From positions 1 through 64,000 of the forward strand of contig NW_026940900.1 of the NCBI RefSeq assembly GCF_032062105.1: DNA of 64,000 bases, written 5' to 3'. The first letter of the stretch is position 1; each line of letters starts with the position of its first letter. Under the pieces are notes generated by a model. That model searched no databases. It was not told where the DNA came from and saw only the letters and a program-made list of their open reading frames with translations. Origin of the DNA: Saccostrea cucullata. Its lineage: Eukaryota. This document shows positions 37,189 through 50,293 of the stretch, piece by piece. The translations under genes were made by a program, and so were the position numbers.

Positions 37189-40100
37189 ATGGATGTATTA
37201 GGACAGGTGATTTTTTGGATAGTATTGGTGATCATGATTTTGGCTTCTGTGGAAAGTGAAAGTTGTAGAGAGGCGGGTCTTTGTTGTACTGGACACAACA
37301 GGACATGTCAGTCACTGACTGGACACACTGACCAATGTTACTGTGATGATGCCTGTCAGGAACTGGGGGACTGCTGCGAGGACTATATCGTCACCTGTGT
37401 AAACAAGGGTTGTGTTATTTATCACTCATTTCTGAGCAGTCAATATCCACTTTTCTTCATAATACATATATGATTATGTTGTTACAAAATTAGGTCCTTT
37501 TTTCAGAACACAAAAGTTCTTAGAGATAGTAAAATGTTTCTTTTTTATTTTGTTTCACAGGAGTATCTCATCCAGTTCGTCGAAAACGGAGGTCAGCAGG
37601 AATGAGTAAGATAAATATTTTAAGTTTTCTTATCTCTTATCTGATAAAGCTCCTCTATGAGATGCTTTCAGTTGAAAATTAATCCTTTTTTGATCTTCAA
37701 AAAAAAAACTCATTGTGACATCATTTACAGATGTCTGATTAACACATAATAATGTAAAAGACGGCCATAAAAACCTTCCTTAACCTTTTAAGACTTGAGA
37801 AATACTCCTGTTGATAATGGGATTCTTCTCTGGTTTCTGACTAGATGAAACATTAAAATTATATTTGCTTACATGACTTACATATTGAGGTGTAAAGAAT
37901 TTAAAAGGCCATATTTTTCTTTTCTCATCACAATTGTACAACTTTAAATACAAATGGTAAACTGCGTTTGAAAACTGGCAGGGACTATATTTTTGGCGGA
38001 ATGGTGGCGTATGAAAATATTTTCTTTTCTGCCTCTCAAAATTACAATAGAACAATGAATTTAGTTATTATTTTTACACGATCAAAGACATGGAGAAATT
38101 TTCAAATGTAAGTTAAATTAATAAAACTAAACTTTCAAAATATATCAAATAAATATTATTTTTCAAACAAACTAGAATTTTGTTAGCTTTTAAACGCTTC
38201 CTATCAAAGTGCAGATTTGGGCCAAAAATCCATAAAAAGTATTTTTTTCTCTCTTAGTAAACGATCAAAACTTTTTGTTTTTGCATCATTTTGTACATTT
38301 ATAAGACTACTTTATTATATGTGAAAATAAGAAAAAGTTAAATATAGGAAGCATATGAAAATAACTAATATATCCTAAAAAACTAAGAAAAACAGAGAAA
38401 ATTCGGATTAGCCAATATCCAGTTTAGTTAAATTATTTATGAAAAATTGGTAATATCATGCTATAGACCCGATATAGTAAAATGTTTTTATGCAAAAAGA
38501 ACAATCTTTAAACTTTTGAAATAGAAGTAAGTATCACATGATTGGCAACAGTATTTTTTTATTCTTAATGTCAAGGAAAAAGATAATGACCTTGACCTGA
38601 CCTTGCCTCTAATATAAAACGGTCAAATTTAATTTCACTGATACTGTCACTTACTGATATTGTCTTCTTGATTCTGTGAAAATTTCATTAATTTTTAAAT
38701 ATTAGAAATATGAGAAGAATCCTACCTTTAGTTTAGAGTTTTTAATTTTTAAGAGTATTAAGATCACCATATGAAAACCAGTTGATTTTGCAAGCTTTAA
38801 TGTATGCAATACATGTATGTATATGTAAGGTTATATATGGATATTATATGAAAAATTTAAGAATTCTTGAGTTACATAAATCAGTTTTCAAAAAGTGATT
38901 AGACCACTTTATAAATGTTTATCTTTTTGTTTGTAAATAATATATACTAGTACCTATAGAACATTATGAGTCAAATGTTGTATTTCATTTCAGAATGCTC
39001 ACCAGTTGATCTTATGTTTGTAATGGATGAATCTGGAAGCGTTGGTTTTGAAAACTATGAGAAGATGCTAAACTTTGTCATAGCTTTACTAGGAAACTTT
39101 AAAATTGGACAAAGTGACATGAGAGTTGCTATGATCAAGTTTGGTTCCTATGCAAACCTTGAGTTCAATTTCGATACTTACGGAACTTTTTCAGATATAT
39201 GGCATGCTTTGCAAGATATGAAATCAAAATACGTCGGAGGCGGGACTGACACAGCAGCTGGTTTGAGACTTGCTAAGTTTATCACTGGCTATAGTCGTCC
39301 CAATGCCGCCAAAGCTGCCATTGTTTTAACTGATGGATATTCAAATAATCACCAAGCAACCGTATATGAAGCAGGAAGTCTTCAACACACAGGCACCAAA
39401 GTATTCGGTGTCGGTATTGGAAGTTATGTAAATTTGGATGAACTGAGAACCATCGCTAGTGACCCTGACTCTAAATATCTTGTTACAACCATCGACTTCA
39501 ACGATTTGTATAACAAACTTCAGCATTTTATTAATGGGCTTTGTGAAGGTAAACTTAAGGATATTGAGCTATAATGTAATTGGTGACTGTATTAGCCCAA
39601 GTAACGGCATTTGCATTTGGAGGGAATGGAAGTTTAATTCTTGGTTTTGCTTTAGACATTTCTAAATTTCTAAAAATATATACATGTATCTGGACAGAAG
39701 CTCGAATAAATAATGCAAACATTTATGCTGATCTTCTGTTGAATTCAGCAAATGAGCACTTTTCATTCAGATAATTATCAAGCTATTCATTTTCTGTCAT
39801 TTTATTTACTCTCCTTCAAATAAAACGAGAAAAGATGTCATTAGAAAGAGAGGCGTATTTTCCATGTTGCAAAGTAACTGTAGCTAGAAAAAGTCTTTTC
39901 ATTTTTTTTTTCATTCAGCTAGATATTTTGTTTCTTATGTTCATTGATTGATAAAGTATTAGTATATGATCATTGTGGGGGTTTCTTGCCATATAATAAA
40001 AGATCACTCAATATTCATCTCTTCTTCCATTTTTCCAGTAATTTGGAAAAGGTGCTGAAATGGATTTTAAAAAATTATCATTACATGTACGTATATTTCT

Positions 40101-43100
40101 TTATCTATTTCAGACATTGATGAATGTCAGTCTTCTCCTTGTAATAATGGATTATGTATAAATACTCTTGGATCATATCACTGTAACTGTTTGATTGGTT
40201 GGACTTCATTTAACTGTGATGTGGGTGAGTTGTCCTGCTCTCACGTTAACAAATAATCAGTTTTTCTTTATAAAATAAGTTTCCAAATTTATCATTTTCT
40301 TTTCCTCAGACATTGATGAATGTACTAAAAGTCATATATACCCTTGCATCCATGGAGATTGCACCAATTATCCGGGTAGTTTCACTTGTACCTGTTACAC
40401 GGGGTTTACTGGTAACGACTGCAGCAGAGGTAAAAATATTACTGAATTGATATTATTTTATCTACAAAATTATCTTGATCAATAAATAGGGATCACGGCG
40501 GGAGAGGATGCTTATTCCTCATAGGCACCTGATTCCTCCAGAAGAATTTCCAGAAGTCGTGTCTATGCCCTGTTCACATTGCTGTTTATGAGACCGACCA
40601 ATCTTCACTCATTTTCATTTTATAATCATTGTTCATTTGTACAGTTATAAATTGTACTTCTTGTTCAGATATAGACGAATGCCTTAGCAATCCGTGTAAA
40701 CACGGAGATTGTCAAAACACAATCGGGTCATACAAATGTTCCTGCAATGATGGATGGACTGGCAAAAATTGTGACTCAGGTACAAAATCTTGCAAATAAA
40801 AGATTTTTATTTAGATTAAAAGTTATTGCTATAGTCCATGAGCCACTGGGGGTGGTCGGTACTATTTTGGGTGAATAAACTTTATAGTGATATTTGGTAA
40901 GGTATACCCCCAACTAGTGAGAAAATGTATGATAGCATCAAATCTGTTGTGGCTTTAATGCTGGAGACACAGTTATTGCCCTTTATTAGCTCAAATTAGG
41001 TATTTTGAGCTAAATAAATTTGCTACCTGAAAAGTATTTGTCACACAGTTGCCAATCGTGATAGAAAGTTTTACCAGAATTACTCCGAAATATGATGAAC
41101 ATATTAAAGGAGCATTAACTGAGTTACAAGCCGTAATTCTAACAAAAATTGCATATTTGTACCACTTTATTTTATCAACAATTATATGTACCTCAAAAAT
41201 TTGTATAAAGAAACAGATAAGTATCAACACACAGATACTAGTTCAGTTATTCGTCCGTCGGTGACGACGATGACCACTGTCTCACCTTCGTGGGAGAGGG
41301 GGTTGACCTGGACAGTGGGTGCGGAGGTGACAGGTCAGGCCGATCCTCGCAAAAGCAGATGATGCAGTTTTTCGAATAGAGCCACGCCCCCTTCTTTGTA
41401 AATTTCAGCTGGGATGGAGTATCACGCAATCGGCCAGGTGCTTTGCCAGTTGACAACAGACTAATTGCTTTCTGGATCTCATCGTGGGAACGGCATCCAG
41501 TGGTTGGTTGATGGGAACCTGGGAAGACGTTTGATGGCTTCATCTTTGATGGTAGAAGGGCGGTTCATAACGCCAATGAAATTTTCCGCCCACCTGTCGA
41601 GTATCTTTTCCTTCTTTGTGATGAGTGTTAGCCCGTCATCACTGAGGAGAGGGGATGAGTCTGATGGAGTTGGCCCGTATACTTCCCCAAGCCCACAGTA
41701 AAAATCTTTTCCTAGGCCTGTCATGAGATTCGGCGTAGAGTTGGATCTCATCAGATTTGGCATTCAGCCAGGAGTCCTTCATATCCCGAAACTTTTGCTG
41801 TACTATGCTGCTAGCGTTCCTCAGAGCGTCTTTCTTGGCTGTGGAGGTGGGATCATCTATATGAACCTTGTAAGCACGATGCTTGTCCTCAAGAAGCTGC
41901 GTGATTTCGGCTCGGTTCTCATCAAACCAGTATTTGTGTTACTTTTGGTGGAGGACTCAAGACACTCGAAGGCTGTATTTTACACTGTATTACGAAATGT
42001 GTTTCATGCTGCTTCCGCGTCGTGGTCATCCAGCACGGTGGAGTTCAGACGTTCTTCCAGGGTGTCAGCTAAGTACTGAGAGGTAGAAGGCAACTTGTGC
42101 TTACCAACGTTGAAACGTTTTGAAGCTTTAGTCTCCTGAGGACGGTGATCTGTCCAGCACTCCGTGCCACACATAGCCTTGATGATAAAACGAACTGTCT
42201 CCCTGTCTCTATTCCTGACAATGACGAAGTACTGATCCTTGTTTCTTTTTGTTCTCATTGTTATTTCGACCGCATGTGTAGGGTCCCCGTCAGCCGCGGT
42301 AAACTGGTTAGGGAAAGGTGGAACAGGCAACATTTGTGATACCTTTTATAATCTGCTCCTTTTGCCATGGAGGTGAGCAGTCTGTTCCTAAAGAGAGCTG
42401 CTCAGTACCACGGGTGGCTGCCGAACTCCAACGCTGCTCTGGTCGGTGAAGAGCGACCATGTGGCCTGTGCCGCCTGTGTGCAAGTTCGCGACTACCGAC
42501 TTCCAGTCAACCCGCACCTGTCACCTTCGTTGCCCGCCTGTCGCCACAGAGCTTTGGGGTGGATGATAGAAGGGATGGAAATTTATCATTGACTTGCGCG
42601 GTGAGTTTGATTAAAATGAAGATGGGTTGCCTGTCGCCGACCTCACTCTTTCGCCTGCAACCATTTAGATCCAGTGGCAAGACAGATGTCATGACGTCTG
42701 GAGATGAAGACAGATGAAGCGGATGACCAAGACGTGCTATTTGTGCCTTGTCTTGTTCCAAGCATTCCACGGTGCTTGCTGTGTTTGCCTTCTTCTCCGT
42801 TGAACCATGACGGTTTCCTCCGTAGAGTCCGCCGACGCACAGTTTTTACATGCGTTACAGGTAGGCAAGCCCTCAATCAACAGGGGTTGAGACCCGTCAG
42901 CGCTTTGTGTAGAGAGTACTCTCCTAGAGGGATCTCCCTCAAAAGGATACGAGTTCTATCTAACCGGGCTAGTGGAGGGAAGGGGCGTTAGGCCCTTGCG
43001 GGTCGTTAGAGACAGCACACTGCCCAAAAAGCACATATATGATTGTGCACATATGTTGCTTAATTTTGATGTCAAAAATATATATAATATACTACACGTT

Positions 43101-46100
43101 TAACATAGATGAACATATAAGTGTCCATTATCACACTGGTTTAGCATGAGATTAAATAAATAAAACATTTTACGTAAAGGCTTTACTTGAGATATGACAT
43201 ATTCACAATACAAGGGTAAATCAAGGGAATTTTCCTTCAATTTTCATTTTTAGGATAGGGATAAAGATTTACTATTAAATCAAGTTATATATATTTGTTA
43301 CTGAAATAATGTTTTGAAATGCTAATACCTGATAAAAAAAATTCTTTAAATAAAATGACCATGTTTTTGGTGTGAAAATTGTCACAGTAGTAATTTGTTT
43401 CCTCTGATTAAAATTTCAAAATTGCATACTAGTATTCCACTTTTATGATCAAGGGAAGAATCAATTTCCTATATAATTTAGACGGCTCATTACAGAGCCA
43501 ATATTGAATAATAACTGAACAGGGTAATAGCATGGTCTGCATTCAAAAGAATTTTCAAGAAAATATCATCCGAAATAAGACAGAACTTGTGTATTGAGAA
43601 ACCAACCCTCTTCTTTCAAAGACACAGCTGAGAGAACGAACAAGTTGGGTTGGTGTATATAAACAGTTGATACACCATTAAAGCCACAATCAATTGAATG
43701 CTATCATACATTTTCTAAAGGTAGAGATGTATGTCCTTCAAAAATTAACTATGAAAATTATTCACCCGAGATGGTACCGATACCGAAAAATTCATGACTT
43801 GGCTTACTACTCACGAATTAGGAAACAATAATAAAAAAAAGTTTACTTAAAATCGATTTCTATTTCTATAAAACTGATATATAATTAAGATTTGATTTAG
43901 TTCTTTTTAAATTTTGTTAATTTTTCAAATTTAATTTAGATTAAAATTCTTTTTTGAAACATTAGCTTGCATTATTTTATTTCACATGTTTCTCTTAAAA
44001 GCTTAAATAACTTTGTGAATTTAAGTTATCATAATTATGTTTGGATTCTCAACAAGTTCCATTCTTACGGAGAACAAGTTATCAAGTCATAAATACAGAA
44101 GTAAAGCAAGCTTAAAAACAAACCCTCTATCATTAAATTTCCTCATTAGATATTGATGAGTGCTTAACCTCGCCATCGGTGTGTTGCAATGGGGACTGTA
44201 CAAATACAGCAGGTTCGTTTTCCTGTGGATGTCAGCCAGGGTGGACCGGAAGTATTTGTGAAAAAGGTAAATAAACATTCAGAAACAAACACTGGTATGA
44301 ATTAATCTAAGACGTTTATTAAGCAAATGTTTCATTTTTGACATGAATGCATAAAATTGAGTTAATATTTGTTATTTTTGTTTTTTATTGACTTTTCATC
44401 TTAAGACATCAATGAGTGTAATGCAATGCCTTGTGAAAACAATGGAGTGTGCATCAACTTACCCGGGCATTTCCTTTGCCGTTGTCGTGATGGATTTTCG
44501 GGAACTTTATGCCAAAATGGTTCGTCTACTTTTTTTTTTTCTTTTTTATTTATTTGAAATAATGAAAAAAAAATTGAAACCAAAAATCTTAAGATTGAAC
44601 ATAGAAAATTATCAAAATAACGAAACTACAAAACTTGTACTTGTTGTAATCAAGATGTGAACGAGTGTGTGTCGTCTCCTTGCAAAAATGGAGGAGTGTG
44701 TCGAAATGTTCTTGGAGGGTTTGCTTGTGATTGCAAAAAGGACAGCAATAATTTTGGGAAACTTTGTGAAGAAGGTAGGAGATACAAATATAGAACTGGT
44801 TTTTCTCTATTTGATATAGAATATGAGAATGCATATCTTTTTTGTAGAACTGGATGTATGTTCGTATTCATCCCTTTGTCAAAACGATGGAAACTGTAGT
44901 CATAGCAATGGAACAGTTCTATGTAGTTGTCCAACAGCTTGGACTGGAAATTTCTGTCAATTTTGTAAGAGTTTTTATTTGTTTTTGACATTAAAATGAT
45001 TTGTTAAGTATGAATATTAAAACAAAACTGACATGCCGGGTTTTGAAAAAAAACTTTTCATAGATTTGGGGGAATGTGAATCATCGCCTTGTCAGAATGG
45101 AGGAAGTTGTTTTTCAGGGAATTCTACTTTTTCATGTATTTGTCCACCTGGATTTACTGGAGAACAATGTGAAAGAGGTACTGTATTTCATTTGCTTTGA
45201 TAAATGATCAAATTGATCACAAGAGTGAGTTTTCATTTATTTCTTTTTTCCATTGCATAGACATCGACGAATGTGCAAGAAACCCTTGTAGTGTTAATGC
45301 CACATGTCAAAATACGGGTGGCAGTTACTTTTGTGAATGTCCCCAAGGTTATCAAGGAATACACTGCATGGATGGTGAGGTTTCACTTTTCCAGTTTCGT
45401 AAATGCTTTCATCTTGATCTTTAAATCATGATGTAAAATTAGCATCGGTACAATTTTCTAACAGAAATCAATCGAATTTATTTTAATGTAAAAAGAATAA
45501 ATTTCACATTGATAAAAATAAATGAACAAAAAGTAATGCATTCATATTAATCTTGATTTTTTTTTCAGTGAAATGTATAGTAAGATCATTTACTCATATG
45601 GTGTGTTTACTTGTAGAAATAAATGAGTGCATGTCTTCCCCCTGCTCAAATGATGGACATTGCATTAATATGGATGGAGATTTCTCCTGTGTTTGTCAGA
45701 ATGGATTTTACGGAAAACGATGTGAACAAGGTTGCCTTTTAATTGTTATCAATTATGATATAAATAAGAATGAATATAAAAAAAAATATGACTTTCGGCT
45801 ATAAAGAGTGTATGCATTAAACACATTGTCGAAATTTATGGTAAAAATTGTACCTCATATTTCTTTAACTGTTGTTTATTTTTTTAAAAGTGTGTTTTTT
45901 TTCTAAACCCTGTGAATATTTAATACAAATAATGATATAAAGAACTAAACCTCTCTAAATAAAAAGGATAATTTTAAAGAGTGTGAAATACACATCTAGA
46001 CTTTCAAGACAAACTTTGATGGAATAAAATTATAAAAGCTCTTTTCAATAATGATCTAATATATACATGCATATATTTATTTGAAACGATTGATATGCAT

Positions 46101-49100
46101 AGTATTACAAGTACGCATAAAGATTATACATGTACTTTACTAAACAACAAAGACGTGTAAACGTGTACGTGTATTTCTAACTTGTAGTTTACACGTTCGC
46201 GTACAAATTAGCTTGCTAAACCTCTCTATTTTGAAGATTTTGTACAAAACTTATGATTAATTCGGATCAACTCTCTTATTTAGGATCTCCAAATGCTTTA
46301 TTCGTTTATGAATTTAATCCAATTTGCATTTACGTTAGCGAGGGGATAAAACACAAGTAAGCAATAAAGTATATTCAATGAATAAACGGGTCAAGACGAG
46401 GAAGAATTTAAAGAAAATGCGTTCTCTTGGCTCCTAGTAAAAGTAAAACTGTATTTTTCCAGAATCTTGCGATATGCATGCCTGTTACAACAATGGTACA
46501 TGTTTTACATTTGGAATGACTGCAATATGTGCCTGTACAGCAGGTTTTACTGGAGAAAATTGTTCACAAGGTAAGTTAAGGTGTAGTGGAATTCCTATAT
46601 ATTTCCAAACAGAATTGTAAGTTTCATCTTTTTTAACGTATTTTTTAGATGTAGACGAATGCAACTACTCCCCATGTCCTCAAAACACAGTATGCAATAA
46701 CACCTTTGGTGGTTATGAGTGTGTGTTGTGTGCTTCGCCAGGCAACTGTACCATAGGTTATTGAACTCGAATACTTTTAAGAATTTATTTATCATTTTTG
46801 CAATTAGATTTCATTTGTAACTGACATTCCTTTTTATTTCAAAAATATTGTGTTAACAGACTATAGTACATGTAACCAGTTGCCTTGCCAAAATGAAGGT
46901 CTTTGCATCGCTGAAAATTCCACCTTTTCCTGTCTGTGTAAAAAGGGTTGGACAGGAAAGATGTGCGAAACAGGTAACATGCTTTGCAGAGTCAAATATC
47001 AGAGAACAAAATCCATACATCTAAAATATTGCCTTAAAAGTAAAGCCTTTCTGATAATACACTCGTTGTAGTGATTGATGGTTGTAGTAATGTAACATGC
47101 CACAATAGCGGTGTCTGCGTCTCCAAATTTGGGAAGATTTACTGTGTGTGTCCTCGAGGATATCGTGATGAAGCCTGTGAACTAGGTAACAATAAAATCG
47201 TTAAAAGCATGAACTAGTCAACGATTATCTCTAGATTCTGTTTGCCTTTCATATTAATTTATGATATCTATTTATTTTGCAATCATTTTGTCAACGTAGA
47301 TGTTGACGAGTGCGGCTTATCTCCATGTTGGAACAATGGAACATGCATCAACGTTCTAGGGGAGTTTCATTGTAACTGTTCCGAAAGTTTTGAAGGAGAT
47401 CAATGTGAAAATGGTAGTATCATTAGCTAGGAAATCTTATTTCAAAATAATAATAAAATCTAATAAAATATTGAGATCAATTTAAATCAGATGAGTAATT
47501 AAATCCGGTTGATAGCTTGTTCAAAACCAGTATGTAAGCATTGTAAATTCCTAAAACATATTTTTATTTTATTATGGAATTATAAGTTCAAAAGGTTTAT
47601 TTGTAACTTGTAATTTCAAATAGTAGGCAACGCAACACTTTTTCAACCAAAAAATCAAACTCGTCAAATTATCATCGGATAGTTATTAAATAGCTTATTA
47701 GAGGAGATACTGGTGCACCAGTTATATATAATTCATCGATAGGTCTTATTCTCATAAACAGGTCAAAACGTTTGTTCTTCCAAGCCATGTTTGAATGGCA
47801 ATTGCACTCTAGTCCCAGGATCTTTTGTTTGCCAATGTGAAACTGGATGGACGGGACCAAGCTGTGAACAAGGTATTGCCAATTGAATCCCAATGATAAA
47901 AAATTAAAATGACATCTAATGTTTTGGATCATATCTAAACAAGCTTTAACAAAAATGAAAGAAATATATCTTCAGAAAACTTTTTTTGAAATATGAAAGA
48001 ATGCCAATGTTAATATATTTTTTGAATAGGTACAAAAATCTTAAGGTTAAACACAAAAGGTTCAATATATTTGTCAGTGTGATGATGGAGTAACTGGTCA
48101 AAATTGTAATCAAGGTATCGTCACGTGTCTTTAATTTTTGAGCGTGCAAAATGTTGTACTACAAAAACATAAAGGGGAAAGAAATAAATTTTGATGTCAA
48201 TAAATGTTTCATAAGAATCAAATATGTAAAGTATTCTTATGGGTAACTTTTAAAAGTTATGGTCAAGATTTCATCGGAAATTAAGACAAAAAATCACTTC
48301 AAACTTCTCCTTTAAAAGAATTAACGCTTCCCTTTATTCTACTCATAGATTTTGATGAATGTGAAAGCTCAATCTCACCGTTCAAAAGTTATGGTCAAGG
48401 TTAAAGTTTTTTGTAGAAACTCAAGGTCAAGGTCAAAGGGTCAATGTGTGTTGTGTTCCAATGAAAGGTTTTTCAAAAAACATTACATATGTGAAGTATA
48501 AATGTAGGTTTCTACTTTCCTACAAGATATCACCAAAATAAAAGTTAAAAATTTTCATGTAAAAGTAGTCAATGCAAAGTCATCATCATTATCTACAATT
48601 TTACATATTTTGAAATTCCTGTCACAAGGAATATACAAATGAAATATGAAAGTCATAGCTAATAAATCAAAAGTTATGGGCAAGGTTAAAGTTTTTGTTC
48701 AATGTGGAACAGAGAGACAGAGAGAAAGGAAATAGATGCCAAACAGGTTGAGGATAATGACATCTAATGCTTTTGATCAAATTTAACCAAAGCTTTAACA
48801 AAAATGAAAGAAAAATATATGCATTGTTTTTTCTATATAGATGAATAAACGAATATATGTGGATTGGTGGAACTTGTTCAAATACTAATGGTTCATATAT
48901 CTGTTATTGTGATGATGGAGTAACTGGCGAAATTGTAATGCCATACGTGTCTATAATTTTTGAGTGTGGAGAATTTTGTATTATTGAAAAAAGAATAAAA
49001 AAGAGAAATAACTTTTAATGTTTATGCATATGTTTCATGTTTTTTTTAGGTTTTTTTATTTTTACTTTTTTTTCAGGCTGAAATAAAAACAAAAAAATTT

Positions 49101-49704
49101 TTTATTGCAGAGGTTTTAACTTCTCCATTTTTTTAAATAAATGTGTTCATTTTTATTCTATCATAGATTTTGATGAATGTGAAAAACCCATGCCAACATG
49201 GAGGTTATTGTATAAACTTGGTCGGAGGGTATGTATGTGTTTGTCTCTGGGTACAACGGAACGGATTGTGAACTGGGTAGGTTTCTGCTTTCCTACAACT
49301 CTTTATCATTTGTCTTGTAACTAATAATGAAAGTCATGCAAAATGCTTGACAAGTTTATATATCAAAATGTTACAGATATTGATGAATGTTTAGAGGAGA
49401 CTTCGATAATGGAGGGAGTTGTAAAAATGTACCTGGTGCATTCTTTTGTTCATGTGGAGCAGGCTGGAAAGGAAATAGATGCCAAACAGGTTGAGGATGT
49501 ATTTCCAAATAAATTTTTGCAAAAAATTTTAAAAGTTTGAAAAGAAAATCATATTTAATGCATGGATTTTTTCCTTAGATATAAACGAATGCGATGATGG
49601 TGGATGTGCTAATAATGGAACATGCATCAACACCAATGGCTCTTTTGAATGCCATTGTACTAATTACTGGAAGGGGCTGAATATTGTGAAGAAGGTATGT
49701 TTAA

Positions 49705-49772
<68 letters not shown>

Positions 49773-50238
49773 GTAAATTATTCGAATTTTATAACACTTA
49801 TACGTTTAACTCGCAACAGATGTAAATGAATGTGTTGAGAATCCAGGAACCCTGTATGTAACAATGGTGATGTGAGAATTTATGTGGACTTTATAAATGC
49901 CATTGTCCATACTGGTACACAGGACCCACTGTGATACAGGTAACGTGCTAATATTACCCTCACTTGTCAGAAGTTGAAACAAATGTATGGTGTCAATTTC
50001 AAAATGTTAGAATCCTTTTAAAATTATCATTAAAAACATGATTCTATGTATTGAATGTATAGCACAGAAGTAATTTATATAATATATAATAAAAAGTGAA
50101 TATATCAGTACAAATTTTACATGAATTCTTGTCTTGTTTGAAAATATGTTCACTGTAAGAATTTTTTGTTACAAACACAAAGGGATCATTTTATTGTAAT
50201 TGTACATCTTTTAAAAATGTATTTGAGGGTAAATATTT

Positions 50239-50293
<55 letters not shown>

